Source: Armatimonadota bacterium
GTDB lineage: Bacteria > Sysuimicrobiota > Sysuimicrobiia > Sysuimicrobiales > Humicultoraceae
Direction of reading: 5' to 3'
NCBI GenBank assembly: GCA_052386995.1
Contig: JBQTJP010000160.1
Coordinates: forward strand, 1 to 38,788
Length of the DNA: 38,788 nt
Position numbers and translations under genes: made by a program
Notes under the pieces: model-generated
Told to the model about the DNA's origin: nothing
Database searches by the model: none
The model's input: only the letters and a program-made list of their open reading frames with translations
In this document: positions 35,560-38,788 of the stretch, piece after piece
How the letters are laid out: the number at the start of each line of letters is the position of its first letter
Position numbering within the stretch: the first letter of the stretch is position 1

Positions 35560-35586
35560 TGTGCAGCCCCCGCGGGGGGCTGCACA
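35560..35586. terminator. Strong hairpin downstream of dapA
   Basis: TGTGCAGCCCCC-gcg-GGGGGCTGCACA 12-bp stem; the U-rich tail is better on the minus strand (GCTTTGATTTG). Confidence 0.6.
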
Positions 35587-35594
35587 TACATGTG

Positions 35595-35623
35595 TTGACG
35601 GTCCCGTCGAACGGACGTACGAT
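35595..35623 (+). promoter_or_regulatory. Putative sigma70 promoter of uppP-ftsK
   Basis: TTGACG (35595-35600), 17 nt, TACGAT (35618-35623). Confidence 0.7.
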
Positions 35624-35688
35624 GGGGACCGAGCACGCGATGTGACGTCGACCGACCATTTCGACGCAGCAAACGCCGGAGCGCCCAA

Positions 35689-36501
35689 GTGCTCGATCTC
35701 ATCATCCTCGGCATCGTCCAGGGTCTGACCGAATTCCTCCCCATCAGCAGCACCGCGCATCTTTTGTTTGCTGAGCACTATCTCGGTCTGCGGCGGCCGG
35801 GTATCGCTCTGGAAGCCGCGCTACACCTTGGCACGGTGGCGGCCGCGGTGGTGCTCTTCTGGCCGGACATCGTTCGCCTGGTACGCGGGGGGATCACGCT
35901 CCCGCGCCGGCCCGCGCAGGCCTGGAACGGCGCGGAGGCCGCAGGCGGCTATCCCCGTCTGGCCGCGAGCATCGTCGCCGCGACCGCCGTGACCGCTGCG
36001 CTGGGCCTGGCCTTTGCCGGTCCGCTCGAGCGCCTGTTCGAGTCGGTGCGGGGCGCGGCGTATCAGCTGCTGGTGGCCGGCACCATCCTCTTGTGGAGCC
36101 GCGAGCGCGGCACGCGGACAGCCCCGCAGGCCACGCTTGCCGACGGCGTGGCGCTTGGGCTGGCGCAGGCCGTGTCGATCATTCCGGGCATCTCGCGCTC
36201 GGGGATCACGATCGTTACGGCGGTCGCCCTCGGTATGCGCCGGACAGAGGCTGCCCGCCTGTCCTTCTTGATAGGGATTCCGGCGGTTCTCGGTGCGAGC
36301 CTGTTTGGCCTCAAAGATGTCAACCTCGCCGCGCAACTGGGCTACACGACTCTGGACCTGATCGTGGGATTCCTGGTGGCCGCGGCCGTCGGTGCCGCGG
36401 CGATTCTCTGGCTGATCGCGGTCGTGCGGCGCGGACGCCTGATCGTGTTTACCGCGTATTGTTGGCTGGTTGGGATTCTCGTGCTCGCCACAACACGGTA
36501 G
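35689..36501 (+). CDS. uppP: Undecaprenyl-diphosphatase (BacA/UppP)
   Basis: LGIVQGLTEFLPISSTAHL, HLGT, PGISRSGITI, AARLSF; multiple transmembrane segments. Confidence 0.97.
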   Translation: MLDLIILGIVQGLTEFLPISSTAHLLFAEHYLGLRRPGIALEAALHLGTVAAAVVLFWPDIVRLVRGGITLPRRPAQAWNGAEAAGGYPRLAASIVAATAVTAALGLAFAGPLERLFESVRGAAYQLLVAGTILLWSRERGTRTAPQATLADGVALGLAQAVSIIPGISRSGITIVTAVALGMRRTEAARLSFLIGIPAVLGASLFGLKDVNLAAQLGYTTLDLIVGFLVAAAVGAAAILWLIAVVRRGRLIVFTAYCWLVGILVLATTR

Positions 36502-36508
36502 GGAGACG

Positions 36509-38788
36509 ATGAGCAGACGTCAACGCCCGTCGAGCAACCGCGCGGCCGCCGTTGGTCTTGGGCTCGTGTTCCTGGCCTTGCTGCTGTGGCTGTCGTTCCT
36601 GCCCGGCGCAACGGGTATCCCGGTGCTGCTGGCAGCCTGGCAGCGCCGGTTGGTCGGCGCAGCCGCCCCGGTTCTGCCGTTTTACGTCCTGTTCGCGGGT
36701 CTGGTGCTCATCGCCGCAGGCCAGCGGGCGCGATTCAGCCGTAGGATTGCGGGTCTGCTGCTGGCGTCGGTGGCGGCCCTTCTGATTCTGCACCTCCGGA
36801 CGGTATCCGGCGACTTTCTGCGCGCCGGCCTGGAGGGACGCGGCGGAGGGGTTATCGCGGGAGCGCTGGCCTGGAGTGTTTCGCGCGTCCTGGGCACAAC
36901 GGGTCTCTGGGTAACGTCAGGGGCGCTCGCGGCCGCGGCGCTCGTGATGATCAGCCGGATCTCACTGACGGAGGCCGGTGAGATCCTGCGTGCCTCCGCG
37001 CTGGGCACCGGCCTGCTCGTTGCATGGGTCGCGAGGACTGCCGGAAGGCTCGGGGTGCGGGCGCTCCGAGGATCGGCGCGGCTGGCCCTCAGGATCCGGC
37101 CGGCGGCCCTCCCATTACTCACGCGGGTGAGCGAGGTTGCAGGCGCGTTGGGGCGGACCGTTGCGGCTGAGGTCGGACGTCAGATCGCGAAGATTCGCGC
37201 GGTGGCCACGCCGGCGCCGCCCGTGGCCCGTCCACTTCCGGCGTTGGAAGGGCCTCCGTTGGATCTTGGTGCCCAGCCTCCGGCCCTGCCCGAGACGGTG
37301 GAGCCGGCCACGACGCTGCAGCCCGCCGAGGAAGAGCCCGTTCCCGAAGGCACCGAGCCCACCGCACCGCCGCGGCGCCGGCGTGCCGCGCAGGCGCAAC
37401 AGGAAAGCCTGGAATTCGCCTCCGTGACCTTCCAACTGCCGCCGCTGACGATGCTCGGCGATGCCAACGGCGGACGTGGGCGCGGACGCGTCGATCCCGC
37501 GGAGACCGCGCGGGCGCTGGAGCAAACCCTGGCGTCCTTCGGCGTCGAGGTGCGGGTCGTGCACTGGGAGGTCGGCCCGGTCGTCACGCGCTACGAAGTG
37601 CAGCCCGCCCCCGGCGTCAAGGTGCAGCGGATCACCAGCCTGACCAACGACATCGCCCTGAACCTGGCCGCGCAGAGCGTGCGCATCGAGGCACCCATCC
37701 CCGGCAAGTCGGCGGTCGGCATCGAGCTGCCCAACACGAAGGCCAGCCTGGTGCATTTGCGGGAGATCATCGGCGCCGACCTGTTCCAGAAGGCGATCTC
37801 GCCGCTGGTCGTGGGCGTCGGGAAAGACATCGCGGGCCATCCCATTATCGCCGACCTGGCGGAGATGCCGCACCTGCTGATCGCGGGCGCGACCGGGTCT
37901 GGAAAGTCGGTGGCGTTGAACGCGATGATCGCCAGCCTGCTGTTCCGCTGCACGCCGCAGCAGGTGCGCTTCGTCATGATCGATCCCAAGCGCGTGGAGC
38001 TGACCGACTACAACGACATCCCGCACCAGCTGACGCCGGTGGTCACGAACCCACGGCAGGCGGCCAGCATCCTCAAAGACATGCTCCGCGTGATGGAAAA
38101 GCGGTTCGAGCGGTTCGCCGAGATGGGCGTTCGCAACATCCAAGCCTACAACCAGCTCGGCGGGGTGGAGCCACTCTACTACATCGTCATCATCATCGAC
38201 GAACTGGCGGACCTCATGATGGTCGCCCCGGCTGACTTCGAGGACATCATCTGCCGGCTGGCGCAGATGACCCGGGCTACCGGTATCCATCTCGTCCTCG
38301 CGACACAACGTCCTTCGGTGGACGTTATCACCGGGCTGATCAAGGCGAACATCCCCTCGCGGCTGGCTTTCGCGGTCAGTAGCCAAGTCGACAGCCGGAC
38401 CATTCTGGATTCGACCGGGGCCGAGAAGCTGCTCGGCCGTGGGGACATGCTCTTCCTCCCGCTGGGGGCCTCGCGTGCGGTCCGCGCGCAAGGCGCGTAT
38501 ATCGCCGACGCGGAGATCCGCGCGGTTGTCGAGTGGTGGAGGAGGCAGGGCAGGCCGGCCTATGATCAGCAGCTGGTCGAAGCGCAGCAGAGCGCGGGCG
38601 CCGAGGGGGGTGGCGAGGGCGAGCGTCTCATCGAAGCCGCGCGCCTGATCGTGCGCTCGGGCTACGGCTCTGTCTCGCTCCTGCAACGCAAAATGCGAAT
38701 CGGCTACGTCACGGCCGCGCGTCTGATCGACGAGCTCGAGGCCCGTGGGATCGTCGGACCGGTTCAGGGCAGCAACCCGCGCGAGGTG
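36509..38788 (+). CDS. ftsK: FtsK/SpoIIIE DNA translocase, truncated near its C-terminus by the window end
   Basis: Own translation from ATG 36509: N-terminal TM helices, GPVVTRYEVQPAPGVKV, RIEAPIPGK, PHLLIAGATGSGKS, IIDELADLM, ATQRPSVDV, gamma domain SVSLLQRKMRIGY. Absent from the track because there is no stop in the window. Confidence 0.97.
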   Translation, partial: MSRRQRPSSNRAAAVGLGLVFLALLLWLSFLPGATGIPVLLAAWQRRLVGAAAPVLPFYVLFAGLVLIAAGQRARFSRRIAGLLLASVAALLILHLRTVSGDFLRAGLEGRGGGVIAGALAWSVSRVLGTTGLWVTSGALAAAALVMISRISLTEAGEILRASALGTGLLVAWVARTAGRLGVRALRGSARLALRIRPAALPLLTRVSEVAGALGRTVAAEVGRQIAKIRAVATPAPPVARPLPALEGPPLDLGAQPPALPETVEPATTLQPAEEEPVPEGTEPTAPPRRRRAAQAQQESLEFASVTFQLPPLTMLGDANGGRGRGRVDPAETARALEQTLASFGVEVRVVHWEVGPVVTRYEVQPAPGVKVQRITSLTNDIALNLAAQSVRIEAPIPGKSAVGIELPNTKASLVHLREIIGADLFQKAISPLVVGVGKDIAGHPIIADLAEMPHLLIAGATGSGKSVALNAMIASLLFRCTPQQVRFVMIDPKRVELTDYNDIPHQLTPVVTNPRQAASILKDMLRVMEKRFERFAEMGVRNIQAYNQLGGVEPLYYIVIIIDELADLMMVAPADFEDIICRLAQMTRATGIHLVLATQRPSVDVITGLIKANIPSRLAFAVSSQVDSRTILDSTGAEKLLGRGDMLFLPLGASRAVRAQGAYIADAEIRAVVEWWRRQGRPAYDQQLVEAQQSAGAEGGGEGERLIEAARLIVRSGYGSVSLLQRKMRIGYVTAARLIDELEARGIVGPVQGSNPREV

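Noticed and set aside
1..38788. CRISPR arrays, tRNA/rRNA genes, IS elements, prophage genes
   Set aside because: No regularly spaced repeats, cloverleaf-like sequences or mobile-element motifs were seen by eye; intergenic gaps are short and largely accounted for.

Overview
High-GC bacterial chromosomal window that is mostly core translation and RNA-metabolism genes in a Firmicutes-like (Terrabacteria) order. It opens with a T-box riboswitch leading hisS, an archaeal-type non-discriminating aspS and a bacterial-type aspS, then 6S RNA, rarA, mnmA, a YtxH protein and a CCA-adding enzyme. The second half is the rimP-nusA-ylxR-infB-ylxP-rbfA-nrnA-truB-ribF-rpsO-pnp-M16 peptidase-dapB-asd-dapA-uppP-ftsK run. 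Between them (about 9.5-20.1 kb) is an accessory block: a 51-aa membrane protein, an RHH/DUF433-like + PIN (DUF5615-like) toxin-antitoxin pair, a bifunctional FBP aldolase/phosphatase, an orphan ParA/Soj with a coupled Cys-rich partner, a HAD hydrolase, asnS, a secreted Vpr-like subtilase and two minor type IV pilin-like genes. The best candidate for an undescribed system is the ParA + non-ParB Cys-rich partner pair. Other notable signals are a T-box specifier loop carrying adjacent/overlapping Asn, Asp and His codons, apparent AUU (ylxP) and CUG (cca) start codons, a toxin gene with no stop at its expected end, and back-to-back Shine-Dalgarno sites with a 7-aa uORF between HAD and asnS. No CRISPR array, tRNA, rRNA or transposase was recognised. 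All family calls come from motif recognition by eye, without database searches.
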